Shown in pieces: positions 1 to 9,539 of a DNA stretch of 64,000 nucleotides. The stretch spans positions 2,468,891 through 2,532,890 of the forward strand of contig JBFWNU010000001.1 in NCBI GenBank assembly GCA_050250895.1, read 5' to 3'. A program made the position numbers and the translations under genes. The DNA comes from Vulcanimicrobiota bacterium (GTDB lineage: Bacteria; Vulcanimicrobiota; Xenobia; Xenobiales; JADMJV01). The notes beneath the pieces are model-generated. The model was not told the origin of the DNA and made no database searches. It saw only the letters and a program-made list of their open reading frames with translations. Position 1 is the first letter of the stretch, and the number at the start of each line of letters is the position of its first letter.

Positions 1-1
1 T

Positions 2-262
2 GGACCCCTGCCCCGCATGCAGGGCATCATGATGGTGCGCACCGAGGCCCTGCGGCAATTGACCTTTCGCTCCCAGGGGCGGGATTGGACCATTCTCTTC
101 GAGTTGCTGGTGCTGGGCACGCGAGCCGGCTGGAGGATCGACTCGGTCCCCATCGACTATTATCCGCGCCGTTCGGGCCACTCCAAGGTGATGAACTTTC
201 GCACCGCCCTGCTGAATTTGCTGGGCATCCTGCGACTCTGGTGGATCCTCTTGCGACCATGA
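2..262 (+). CDS. Glycosyltransferase family 2, C-terminal fragment (truncated by window start)
   Basis: Frame open from base 2; FELLVLG..GWRIDSVPIDYYPRRSGHSK is the typical GT2/DPM1-like C-terminal motif. Confidence 0.75.
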   Translation, partial: GPLPRMQGIMMVRTEALRQLTFRSQGRDWTILFELLVLGTRAGWRIDSVPIDYYPRRSGHSKVMNFRTALLNLLGILRLWWILLRP

Positions 263-277
263 CGAGGATCCGCTGAC

Positions 278-787
278 ATGGTCTTCTGGATCACCGGCCT
301 GTCGGGCGCCGGCAAATCGACCCTGGCCCGAGCCTGGTGCGCCTTCCTGCGAGAGCATCACGACTGTCTGCCGGTCTTGCTCGACGGTGACGAGATCCGG
401 GCGGTGGTGGCCGACCCGGCCGCCGGCCACGACCGCCCTGGCCGGCTGCGCAACGCTTTTCGCCTGGCCCGCCTGGCCCATCTGTTAGAGAGCCAGGGCC
501 ACACGGTGGTGGTGGCCACCATGTCGCTTTTTCACGAGATCCACGACTGGAATCGCCGCGAACTCAAGGGCTATCTCGAAGTGCTCCTCCAGGTAAGCCC
601 CGAAGTGCTGGCCCGCCGCCACCAGCAAAACCTCTATGACGGCAGCCACTCGAACGTGGTCGGGGTGGACCTTCCCGCCGAAGAGCCCAAAGAGCCGCAC
701 CTGGTTCTCGACAATAACCCCGAGCGCGAAGACCTGGCCCCTTTGCTCGCTCAAATTCAAGCGGCCTGGCAGGTGATGACCCCATGA
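278..787 (+). CDS. cysC: Adenylyl-sulfate (APS) kinase
   Basis: VFWITGLSGAGKSTLA P-loop, LLDGDEIR motif, NVVGVDLPAEEP C-terminal motif. Confidence 0.85.
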   Translation: MVFWITGLSGAGKSTLARAWCAFLREHHDCLPVLLDGDEIRAVVADPAAGHDRPGRLRNAFRLARLAHLLESQGHTVVVATMSLFHEIHDWNRRELKGYLEVLLQVSPEVLARRHQQNLYDGSHSNVVGVDLPAEEPKEPHLVLDNNPEREDLAPLLAQIQAAWQVMTP

Positions 788-1884
788 AGCCCATCTTTCT
801 CAACGCCATGTCGCGCAACGGGCACTCGCTGCTCTACCAGTTGCTGGCCGACCACCCCCAGCTGTCCTTTCTGCCCGGGCGCATCCACTTTGCCTGCCGA
901 GAGCCCCGGGGCTTTCCACTGACTGGGCCGGTGACCGATCTGGTCGAGCAGCTGCTGGCCCGTCACACGGTCGACATCGGCGAGCAGTACCAAGACTACC
1001 AGTCGATTCCTATTACCGACTTCGCTCGCTTTCCCCAGGCTGAATTCCGCCGACGGGCTCGAGCCTCGGGCGACCTCAAAGAGCAGTTCCACGCCTATCT
1101 GCGGGCTCTCTTCGAGGTCTTTGAGCAGACCCCGCGAGAGTATACCCTGATCCAGGATGACCACATGTACGCCCTGGGCCTCGAGATGGTGTTGCCTGTT
1201 TTTCCTGAAGCGCGCTTTCTGCAGCCCATTCGCTCGGGCTTTGACGTGGTGGCCTCGAAAAAGAACCTGATGCTGTTTCATCTGGGCCACCGGGGCGACT
1301 CCCGGTCGATGGAACTCACCGAGGATGCCCTCGAATCGGAATGGACCCGCTGGCTGTGGAGCCTGGTGGTAGCCAGCCTCTGCCTGGCCCAGAGCCCGGC
1401 CGATCGCTATGTGGTCTGCGGTTTCGAGGCCTTGCGCGGTTCGGCCCGCGAAACGGCCATGCGCGAGCTTTGCCAGCTGTGGGAACTGGATTGGCACCCG
1501 GTGCTGCTGGAAGAGACCAGTTCGGCCTGCGCCCCCGAACACGGCTTTTCGACCCTGATGCTGGTGGTGCCCACCCTGAAGTTGTTAGGCTCGGCCAGGC
1601 CAACCTCGCCGGTGAAGTCCTACCAGCGCAGCCTGACCGAGACCGAACAAGATACCCTGGCCCGTCTGGCGGAGCCCTTTCAGCTGCCCGACCTGGGCGA
1701 CACTCCGCTGCAGGCGCGCCAGGCGCTGCTCGACTTCTGGTCGGCAAACCAGGTGGCCCTGCGGGCCCATCCCCGCCTGGGCCAGTGGTTGCTGTGGTAT
1801 GAGCAGGGCCAGCCGGTCCGGGCCTTTGATGACTACAGCGCCTGGAACTATGGGCGCGCCCAGGCGACCAGGGCCTTTCGATGA
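784..1884 (+). CDS. Sulfotransferase family protein
   Basis: PIFLNAMSRNGHSLLYQLLADHP (5'-PSB-like) and ARFLQPIRSGFDVVAS (3'-PB-like); ATGA overlap with cysC. Confidence 0.7.
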   Translation: MKPIFLNAMSRNGHSLLYQLLADHPQLSFLPGRIHFACREPRGFPLTGPVTDLVEQLLARHTVDIGEQYQDYQSIPITDFARFPQAEFRRRARASGDLKEQFHAYLRALFEVFEQTPREYTLIQDDHMYALGLEMVLPVFPEARFLQPIRSGFDVVASKKNLMLFHLGHRGDSRSMELTEDALESEWTRWLWSLVVASLCLAQSPADRYVVCGFEALRGSARETAMRELCQLWELDWHPVLLEETSSACAPEHGFSTLMLVVPTLKLLGSARPTSPVKSYQRSLTETEQDTLARLAEPFQLPDLGDTPLQARQALLDFWSANQVALRAHPRLGQWLLWYEQGQPVRAFDDYSAWNYGRAQATRAFR

Positions 1885-2573
1885 GCTGGGGCACTCTCGA
1901 CCAGATCGATCCGGCCCGGCCCGAGAGCTGGCAGGGAGTCGACTTCCTCACTCTCGATCTCGACTGGGCCAGCGACGAGGTCCTCGAGCTGACTTGCTCG
2001 CTGTTGCAACAAGCCGGTGTGCCGGCCACCCTGTTCGTCACCCACGCCACGCCGGTGCTCGAGCGCATGCGAGCCCAGGGCTGGCAGCTGGGCATCCACC
2101 CCAACTTCGACCGCTGGCTGTTTCATCAGGACTCCGGCAACGGGCGCGGCGCGGCCGAGATTCTCGATCGGTTGGTTGGCCTGGTGCCCGAAGCTCGCAG
2201 CTGGCGTAGCCACTGCCTGACCCAATCGACCACCCTCCAGCGCGAGCTGGCCGGACGCGGCTTTTCTCACTCCTCCAACACTTTTCTCGAGTGGGGCCTC
2301 GGAATGCAAAACCGACCCTTTCGCTTTCCCGACTGTCTGATCGAAGTGCCCATTGCCTGGGAGGACGACTTCTGGCTGGCCGCCCCCGAGCGTCTGGGCG
2401 ATGCCTCGCGATTGCGCGCCTGGGACGGCCTGCGGGTGTGGAACTTCCACCCCGTCCACATCTATCTCAACACCCGCGACTGGGACCACTATCTCGCCTT
2501 TAAAGAGGGTCGCACCCACCAGCCCCAAACGGGCCGGGGGGCGCGCTGGCAATTCGAGCACCTGCTCGGCTAG
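1881..2573 (+). CDS. WbmS-like polysaccharide deacetylase
   Basis: LTLDLDWASDEV, TLFVTH, LGIHPNF, RSHCL, WEDD, NFHPVHIYLN motifs. Confidence 0.75.
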   Translation: MSWGTLDQIDPARPESWQGVDFLTLDLDWASDEVLELTCSLLQQAGVPATLFVTHATPVLERMRAQGWQLGIHPNFDRWLFHQDSGNGRGAAEILDRLVGLVPEARSWRSHCLTQSTTLQRELAGRGFSHSSNTFLEWGLGMQNRPFRFPDCLIEVPIAWEDDFWLAAPERLGDASRLRAWDGLRVWNFHPVHIYLNTRDWDHYLAFKEGRTHQPQTGRGARWQFEHLLG

Positions 2574-2602
2574 AGCCGCTCCCTGTCGCCCGCAGGGCGA
2601 AG

Positions 2603-4519
2603 TCAGTCTTCGAGGGTCGAGGTGTCGCCGATGGGTTGGCCCAGTTCCTTGGCTTTGAGCAGGCGCCGCATGATTTTGCCGCTGCGGGTCTTGGGTAGCT
2701 TGTCGACGACTTCCACCGATTCGGGACGGGCAATCTTCGACAGATGCTGGCCTACGTGCTCGCGCAACTCGTCGTCAAAGTGATCGCCCGGGGTGAAGCC
2801 CTGGGTGCAGACCACGAAAGCCTTGATGGCGCTGCCCTTGAGTTCGTGAGGAATGCCGATGACGGCCGCTTCGACCACGTTGGGGTGGGTCACCAGCGAG
2901 CTTTCGATCTCCGCCGTGCCCAAGCGATAGCCGCTGACCTTGATGACGTCGTCCATCCGACCCACGATCCAGATATAGCCATCTTCGTCCTTGCGAGCCG
3001 AGTCGCCGGTGGTGTACATGCCGTCGATCTTGCTCCAGTAGACCTCTTTATAGAGATCGGGGTTCTTGTAGAGGGTGCGCAGCATCGACGGCCAGGGCTT
3101 TTTCACCACCAGATAGCCGTCTTCGCCGGCCGCCACCGGCTTGCCATCCTCGTTCACCACGTCGGCCTCGATGCCGGGCAGAGGGCGGGTGGCCGTGCCC
3201 GGTTTGAGCGGCACACAGGGCAGAGGAGCGATCATGAAGGCACCCGTCTCGGTCTGCCACCAGGTGTCCATGATGGGGCACTTCTCTTTGCCGATGACCC
3301 GGTGGAACCAGCGCCAGGCCTCGGGGTTGATCGGTTCGCCGACGCTGCCCAATAGGCGCAAGGAGGACAGGTCGTGGCGTTCGGCCCAGGCTTCCCCGTA
3401 GCGCATCAGGCCGCGCACGGCGGTGGGAGTGGTGTAGAGAATGTTGATGCCGTACTTGGCTACCATGCTCCACCAGCGGTCAGGATAGGGATAGCCCGGG
3501 GAGCCTTCGTAGATGAAGGAGGTCGCTCCCAGTAACAGCGGTCCGTAGACGATGTAACTGTGGCCGGTAACCCAGCCGGCGTCGGCGGTACACCAGTAGC
3601 GGTCATCGTCTTGCACGTCGAAGACGTTCTTGAGAGTGGTGGCCACGCCCACCATGTAGCCGCCATGAACGTGGAGGATGCCTTTGGGCTTGCCGGTCGT
3701 GCCCGAGGTGTAGAGGATGAAGAGGGGATGCTCCGAGTCGAGTTCTTCGGGAGGACAGGGCCGCTGGGCTACGGGCAGGCCGGAAAGCTCGTGATACCAA
3801 TAGTCACGGCCCGGCTCCATGGTGACGCTAAAGCCGGGCACGCTGTCGCCCACCCGCTTGCAAACCAACACCGACTGGACGGTGGGGCAGTCGCGCACGG
3901 CCTGGTCCACGATGTCTTTGAGTTCGATGACTTTGTTGTTCATGAAGCCGCCATCGGCGGTGATCACCACTCGACTCTCGGCGTCGTCGATGCGCGAAGC
4001 CAGGGCTTCGACCGAGAATCCACCGAAAATGACGCTGTGGGGGGCGCCGATGCGAGCGCAGGCCAGAATGGCCATCACCTGCTCGGGAATGCGCGGCATG
4101 TAGATGGTGACGCGATCACCCTTTTTGACCCCCAGGCTTTTGAGCACGTTGGCGAAGCGGCACACCTCGCGATGGAGGGCAAAGTACGAGAAACTGCGGG
4201 TCTCGCCCTGTTCGCTCTCCCACAGTAGAGCCAGCTTGTTGCGGCGATAGGTCTTGAGGTGACGGTCCAGGCAGTTGTGGGTGATGTTGCATTTGGCTCC
4301 CACGAACCACTTGGCGAAGGGGGCGTTCCACTCCAGCACCTGGTCCCACTTGGCGAACCATTCTAGCTCTTCGGCCTCGCCGGCCCAGTAGGCTTCGGGA
4401 TCGGCGATCGAGCGTTGATACAGCTCGTCGTAGTCTTTCACGCGGGCCCGGTCGATGACGTCCTGGGGAGGATTGTAGACGGTTTGATCTCCGGTGGGCA
4501 GACTGGTGGCGGTGGACAT
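2603..4519 (-). CDS. acs: Acetate--CoA ligase (acetyl-CoA synthetase)
   Basis: LYTSGTTGKPKG AMP-binding motif, DTWWQTETG, LPKTRSGKIMRRLL with acetylatable Lys. Confidence 0.97.
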   Translation of the reverse strand: MSTATSLPTGDQTVYNPPQDVIDRARVKDYDELYQRSIADPEAYWAGEAEELEWFAKWDQVLEWNAPFAKWFVGAKCNITHNCLDRHLKTYRRNKLALLWESEQGETRSFSYFALHREVCRFANVLKSLGVKKGDRVTIYMPRIPEQVMAILACARIGAPHSVIFGGFSVEALASRIDDAESRVVITADGGFMNNKVIELKDIVDQAVRDCPTVQSVLVCKRVGDSVPGFSVTMEPGRDYWYHELSGLPVAQRPCPPEELDSEHPLFILYTSGTTGKPKGILHVHGGYMVGVATTLKNVFDVQDDDRYWCTADAGWVTGHSYIVYGPLLLGATSFIYEGSPGYPYPDRWWSMVAKYGINILYTTPTAVRGLMRYGEAWAERHDLSSLRLLGSVGEPINPEAWRWFHRVIGKEKCPIMDTWWQTETGAFMIAPLPCVPLKPGTATRPLPGIEADVVNEDGKPVAAGEDGYLVVKKPWPSMLRTLYKNPDLYKEVYWSKIDGMYTTGDSARKDEDGYIWIVGRMDDVIKVSGYRLGTAEIESSLVTHPNVVEAAVIGIPHELKGSAIKAFVVCTQGFTPGDHFDDELREHVGQHLSKIARPESVEVVDKLPKTRSGKIMRRLLKAKELGQPIGDTSTLED

Positions 4520-4713
4520 GGGGATACCTCCTGGTTGGGTTGGCCCCTACTTCTCGGCCCCCCTCGACGGCCCTTCCCCTCGACTGGACACCCGTTGGAA
4601 ACCTCGTTCGGAAATTTGTAACAAAGGTGTGCTAACCTATGTGAAGCCTCCGCCTGCTACGCGGGGGTTCGCCCTTTCGACCATCTCGACCAACCCCCAA
4701 CCACCGATGCGGT

Positions 4714-7700
4714 TTGTCCGAGAAAAGGAGCCAGCTAGAGCTCCCCGGCAGTCCGCCGACGCTTATGCATTTCGAAGGGAGCTTTCGCTTGGCTACCGGT
4801 ATTCAGACCCGCATGCGGTCGGTCAACCGCCGCACGTCTACGGGTTTACGCCAGTCTATTCTCTCGGTTCTCGACACCAGGGCATCGTCCCACGACTTTG
4901 GAGATGCCTGCCTGCTGATGCTCGGAATCGGGCTTTTCGGAACCCTCTACAACCACCTTCCGCCCTTCGCCCACTTGCTGGGAGCCGGCCATTTCTTCCA
5001 GCTCTCGGGCGCCGACCGCTCGACCGTTCTGGTCGATCACCTGCACGATCCGGCCTCGATCAGCGGGCTCGAACGCGTCTTTAGCGAATTGACCGGACAT
5101 CCGGTTCAAGTAGCCAGCCAGGCCGGCCCCTTTTGGTGGCAGTTCCTGCTTTTGACTTTCAGTATCCTGATGGTCTATCGCGCTGGTGCCTGGCTGATGC
5201 GCCACCCCGCCAGTTGGGAGAATCCCCCGCCCCAGCTGGCGGCCCGGGTAGGCGCCGGCCTGCTGGCCCTGGGCGTGGGGACCCTGTTGACGCCCCAACT
5301 GGGTCTGCTCTGCTGGCTGCTGTTCGGCCTGGGCTGCCTGGCCCTCTTTGCCGATTTAGGATTAGGCTCCAAGACCCACAGCCGCCTCTTTGGTGGTCTG
5401 GCCTTATTACGGCTCAGCCTGTGGGGCGCCGTCTTCCAGGTGGGGTGGGACGGACCCCACTGGGTGACCCCAGCCGCCCTGACGGTGGGGGGGCTGATGT
5501 TGTGGCTGACGCGAGCCACGGGCCAGAGCCCCATTCACCGCTGGGTGCAGGTCGAACTGTACGGGCTGGTCTGGCTGTGGGTGGCTCAGGGACCTCACGA
5601 GGGACCTCTGCTGGTCTTCCTCAGTGGAGTTGCCTTTCTGGGCCTGTCAGCCCTGTTGCGTCGTCGTCGCCTGGGGGTGACCACGAAAGTGGGCTGCCTG
5701 TTGCGTTCCTTGAGCCGGATCGCCTCCCTGGTGGGTGTGGCCTGTCTGCCCGCGGCCGCCTGGGGATATCACCACGGACTCTTGCCGCATCCCCTGTGGG
5801 GGGCACTGCCGCTGCTCTTGTTGATGGTGTCCGGCAGCCCCTGGCGAGCCACCGGACTGCGCCAGCGAAAGGTTGCCCTGCCCGATTCCCTGACAGGCTC
5901 GCAGGCGGCGGCCGTTTGCCTGATGAGCTTGCCGCCCGAGGTTTCGGCGGACCTCTTTCGCAGGATGGGTCCCGAGTTGGTGTATCAGGTCACCATCGAG
6001 ATTTCGAAGCTACCGCAGATTTGCCCGCGGCTGCGCCATCAGGTCGTGGAGTGCGTCTTCGGTTGTGACGGCCTCGACGCTCTTGAGCGCCTGGCGACCA
6101 AACACCCTGATCTTGCCACCGATAGGCTGGTGGACCTGGTGACCGATTCGGGCAGGGTTGGCTCCCAGCCTGGTTTGGGTCCGGTCAAGCAGAAACACCT
6201 GCTGCTCGGCCTCGGCTTGGTGCTGGCCCTGATCGCTCAAGGTGGCTGGAACGAGCCGTCTTTCGGCGGGCCAGAAGCCCGGGCTATGGTAGGCTACCGG
6301 GCGCGCGTGCTGGCCAGCGACCACTACCTGGTGGTGACCGGTGTTGGGCTGACCAGTCAGCAGTGGGACGATCTCACCCGCACGCTGCCTCGCCAACCGG
6401 GTCAACTGTTGCTCAGCGTGCCGCTCGAGCAGGGAGCGGCCGAACAGGTGGGTTGGGCCGTGCTGATTCTGGGCTTGCTCTACACGCTCTGCCAGTGGTT
6501 TCATCCGCAGCCCGAGGTGGCTGGCAGCCGGGTGGCCGCCTGCTTGCTGGGTGGCTTTGGGCTCTGTGCCCTGACGGGGATCTTCTGGTTGCCGCCAGCG
6601 CCATTTTTGCTCGCAGGCCTGGCCGCGCTGGGGGTGGCCGCCACCACGCCCCAAGCCGTACCATCGGCACCCCCGGTTCGCTCTGTGCGGGTCACCTTGC
6701 TCAACGAACCCGCCCCTCCCGAGCCAGCTCCGCTTCCCGAGCCAAAGCCGGTCAAGGTCGCACGAGCAGCTGACCTCTTGCATGTCGACGAAGTGACGGT
6801 CGAGGTTGGCCGAGGCCTGCTGTCGCTGGTTGACCCCAAAGAAGGGGCCCGACTGCTCGAGCGCGTCCGGTCGATTCGGGCAACCCTGGCCCAGGAGTTG
6901 GGCATTGTCGTGCCCGGTGTGCGCTTCCGCGACGATCTGCTCTTGCCGGCCAAGAACATGCGCCTGTCATTGTTTGGTCAAGAAGTGGGCCAGATCCAGT
7001 TAGAGCTTGATCTCTTGTTGGCGATCTTACCGTTGCATGTGCCGGACCTCGAGGGACTGCCAACCACTGACCCTTTGTTCGGCCTCGACGCCCTGTGGAT
7101 CGAGCGAGATCGGCAGGGAATGGCCGAACGGTTGGGCGTTCCGACTCAGGACGCCGTTTCGGTGGCGGGCACCTATCTCATCGAGTCGATCCGGGCCAGA
7201 GCGGACCGACTGTTGACGCTGGATATGGTCGAGGCACTCCTTACCGAGCTGGCCAAGACCGACCCGGTGGTGGTCACCATGGCCAGGCTGCGCCTGGATG
7301 TGCTGGAGCTGCAGCAGATTTTGCGCGGGCTGCTAGCCGAGCGTGTCTCGATTCGACCGCTGGCCCTGATCCTCGACCAGCTATTGCAGATGCCCGAGGG
7401 GCTGCTGGTGGAAGCGGCCGTGGCTCGCCTGCGGGTGGCCCTGGCCAGCCAGATCACGGTCTCGCTGGCCGTGGCCGGCAAGCTGCGGCTGTTGGACCTG
7501 ACCGGTCTGGTGGTGGACGAGCAGCTGCTGGGACAGATCCGTGAACAGTTCCATCAGCTCGAGTTGCGGGGCTTGCTGGTCGATCCCGAGGATCGTCTGC
7601 GGGTCCGCCAGGCTCTGGGAGACATCCCGGTGCTGGCCAGCAATGAACTGGTGGCCTCGCTGGTGGAGATCGATCTGGTCAGCGCCGACCAGCTGGAGGG

Positions 7701-7719
7701 CTTCGAGCTAGAAGACTAG
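4714..7719 (+). CDS. Polytopic membrane protein with internal FliG N-terminal-like segment and C-terminal FlhA/SctV cytoplasmic (FHIPEP-C) domain; start uncertain
   Basis: LTGSQAAAVCLMSLPPEVSADLF...VTIEISKL resembles FliG-N; LLHVDEVTVEVGRGLLSLVDP..LLERVRSIR..LAQELGIVVPGVRFRDD and LQQILRGLLAERVSIRPL resemble FlhA-C. Confidence 0.7.
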   Translation: MSEKRSQLELPGSPPTLMHFEGSFRLATGIQTRMRSVNRRTSTGLRQSILSVLDTRASSHDFGDACLLMLGIGLFGTLYNHLPPFAHLLGAGHFFQLSGADRSTVLVDHLHDPASISGLERVFSELTGHPVQVASQAGPFWWQFLLLTFSILMVYRAGAWLMRHPASWENPPPQLAARVGAGLLALGVGTLLTPQLGLLCWLLFGLGCLALFADLGLGSKTHSRLFGGLALLRLSLWGAVFQVGWDGPHWVTPAALTVGGLMLWLTRATGQSPIHRWVQVELYGLVWLWVAQGPHEGPLLVFLSGVAFLGLSALLRRRRLGVTTKVGCLLRSLSRIASLVGVACLPAAAWGYHHGLLPHPLWGALPLLLLMVSGSPWRATGLRQRKVALPDSLTGSQAAAVCLMSLPPEVSADLFRRMGPELVYQVTIEISKLPQICPRLRHQVVECVFGCDGLDALERLATKHPDLATDRLVDLVTDSGRVGSQPGLGPVKQKHLLLGLGLVLALIAQGGWNEPSFGGPEARAMVGYRARVLASDHYLVVTGVGLTSQQWDDLTRTLPRQPGQLLLSVPLEQGAAEQVGWAVLILGLLYTLCQWFHPQPEVAGSRVAACLLGGFGLCALTGIFWLPPAPFLLAGLAALGVAATTPQAVPSAPPVRSVRVTLLNEPAPPEPAPLPEPKPVKVARAADLLHVDEVTVEVGRGLLSLVDPKEGARLLERVRSIRATLAQELGIVVPGVRFRDDLLLPAKNMRLSLFGQEVGQIQLELDLLLAILPLHVPDLEGLPTTDPLFGLDALWIERDRQGMAERLGVPTQDAVSVAGTYLIESIRARADRLLTLDMVEALLTELAKTDPVVVTMARLRLDVLELQQILRGLLAERVSIRPLALILDQLLQMPEGLLVEAAVARLRVALASQITVSLAVAGKLRLLDLTGLVVDEQLLGQIREQFHQLELRGLLVDPEDRLRVRQALGDIPVLASNELVASLVEIDLVSADQLEGFELED

Positions 7720-7728
7720 CGCCCGACG

Positions 7729-7762
7729 GGCTGACCCGCGTCGCAACGTTCGCGGGTCAGCC
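7729..7762. terminator. 12-bp inverted repeat, possible terminator or processing hairpin
   Basis: GGCTGACCCGCG-N10-CGCGGGTCAGCC directly after the stop codon; no U-tract. Confidence 0.4.
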
Positions 7763-7911
7763 TGCCGCTAGCGGCCGGCTCGTCAAGCTAGCCCTGGCCA
7801 CTGGCGAACCAAACTGACGGCGATCATACCCTCGTCGGGAGACAGTCGGTAGACTTCTGACATGGCCCAAATCCGGGCGACAAAAGCTGGAAGACCCCGG
7901 AGGGAAGCTTC

Positions 7912-8166
7912 GTGGTGACCGGGTTTGACACCGACCTGAGCCTGGCCGGAACGACCTTCGCGGGCGTGCTGGTGGTGCGCCAGAGGCACCCCGAGCTGGA
8001 CCTGGACCGGCTCATCCATATCGCGCCGGGCTATGGCGAGGTACTGATCAAAGACACCAAAGGCGGGTTCGAGTGGAAGCGCTTCACGGGCCTGAGCCCG
8101 GCCGACCCTCAACAGGTGGCCGAACTGGCCAGACTCCATGCGGTGAACCTGGAAAGAATCCGCTAA
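7912..8166 (+). CDS. Hypothetical protein
   Basis: Short ORF with plausible codon usage filling an intergenic gap; no motif recognised. Confidence 0.4.
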   Translation: MVTGFDTDLSLAGTTFAGVLVVRQRHPELDLDRLIHIAPGYGEVLIKDTKGGFEWKRFTGLSPADPQQVAELARLHAVNLERIR

Positions 8167-8594
8167 TCCTGGATACTGGCCCTCACCTCGACAGCCAACG
8201 AGGTGGCCCCTTCTTTGTCTTCGTCCTGCATTTTGGCCGCCTCGCCGGGGGCGGTCACGAACTTCATCTGGCGCCGGATGGTTTTGCCTTCGGCCTCGGC
8301 CACGACCTCGACCTTGAGCTCGATGCGGACCGGTTCGCCGGCCTTCTCGATGCGCGTGGGCAGCACCTTGACCGCCAGACTGCTACCGTCTTCGTCGTCG
8401 ACGATCTTCACCTCGGCCTCTTTGCCGTTGCCCACGGCCACCTTGGGGTGGGCCCTCATGGCGCGCTTGCCCAGCACGGCCTCGATCTTGAAATCGAGGA
8501 TGATGCTTCCCGGCGGAGCCTTGGCCACCACCGGTTCGGCACTGGCGCCGGCCACCAGAGCCAGAAAAGTACACAACAAAGCTAGAGTTCGCAT
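8163..8594 (-). CDS. Secreted protein of unknown function (ECF operon member)
   Basis: Signal peptide MRTLALLCTFLALVAGASA; downstream of the anti-sigma gene. Confidence 0.7.
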   Translation of the reverse strand: MRTLALLCTFLALVAGASAEPVVAKAPPGSIILDFKIEAVLGKRAMRAHPKVAVGNGKEAEVKIVDDEDGSSLAVKVLPTRIEKAGEPVRIELKVEVVAEAEGKTIRRQMKFVTAPGEAAKMQDEDKEGATSLAVEVRASIQD

Positions 8595-8609
8595 AACACG
8601 GATTCCTTT

Positions 8610-9008
8610 CTATTCCAACGAGAAGCTGGCTTCGACGTCTTCGAGGCCGATGCTCAGCAACTCGACTTCGCCGCGGGTCGAGATGGTATAGCTCGCTCCG
8701 TCGGCTTTGATGGCATAAGTCTTGGTGGCCGGAGCACGGGCTGGCCAGCCACCCAGCAGAGCGGCGCCAATCAGGGCGGCGGCTGCCACCGTCTTCCACG
8801 GTCGGGGCGAGGGTCCCGTCGCAAAGTGCCGGGTCGGCAACGGCTCGACCTCTGGCAACTGCAGGGCCTGTTCGAGCGCTCCCAGGCTGCCCAGATAGCG
8901 GCGGCAAGTCAGGCAAGAGCCCAGATGTCCGCGCACCTCTTCGGCCTGCTCGCTCGCCAGCTGGCCATCGTGATAAAGGCTGACCCTGTGGCTATGCTCG
9001 CAGCTCAT
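8610..9008 (-). CDS. Zinc-finger (zf-HC2) anti-sigma factor
   Basis: C..VSLYHDGQL..HLGSCLTC (HxxxCxxC) plus one TM segment; coupled to ECF sigma. Confidence 0.88.
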   Translation of the reverse strand: MSCEHSHRVSLYHDGQLASEQAEEVRGHLGSCLTCRRYLGSLGALEQALQLPEVEPLPTRHFATGPSPRPWKTVAAAALIGAALLGGWPARAPATKTYAIKADGASYTISTRGEVELLSIGLEDVEASFSLE

Positions 9009-9487
9009 GTTTGTTCCTCCAAGAGCCGGCAGGCCCGCTGGCGGGCCCGATGCAGCATGACCCCGATGCTGTTGGGAGTGGTCGAAAAGATGGCGGCCAG
9101 CTGTTGGTAGTCAAGGCCGGCGTACTCCTTGAGCAAAAGCAAGGCTCGCTCGCGCGGCGGCAAAGCCTTCAGCACCCGAAAGCCGGTCTCACGCTCGACC
9201 AGCTCGTCGTCGAAGGTGGTTACCAGCGGACGGCCGCATAACTTTTCCCACATCTTGCGCCAGCCGCCGGCCCGGCGCAGATGGTCGATACAGGCGTTGC
9301 GGGCCACTCCGAAGAGCCAGGCCACGTCCACCGGGCCAGTCCTCTGGATGGCCCGCACAAAGACCTCTTGAGCCAGGTCCTGAGCGGCTTCGCGCTGGCC
9401 GACCATGCGAAAACAGAAGTTCTCCAGCTTGGCACGGTGGCTGGCGAAAAGCTCCTCGACAGGCGTGATCGTCGGTTGGGGCATCAT
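9005..9487 (-). CDS. ECF RNA polymerase sigma factor
   Basis: AQDLAQEVFVRA, WLFGVARNACIDHLRR (region 2); LPPRERALLLLKEYAGLDYQQLA..LHRARQR (region 4). Confidence 0.93.
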   Translation of the reverse strand: MMPQPTITPVEELFASHRAKLENFCFRMVGQREAAQDLAQEVFVRAIQRTGPVDVAWLFGVARNACIDHLRRAGGWRKMWEKLCGRPLVTTFDDELVERETGFRVLKALPPRERALLLLKEYAGLDYQQLAAIFSTTPNSIGVMLHRARQRACRLLEEQT

Positions 9488-9539
9488 CGTCTGTATAAAC
9501 GAACGAGCCGGCCGCCATCTTAACAGCCGGTGAAATTTC

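Noticed and set aside
4615-4625. TTTGT-A-ACAAA dyad between acs and the FlhA-like gene
   Set aside because: Too short to support an operator call without comparative data
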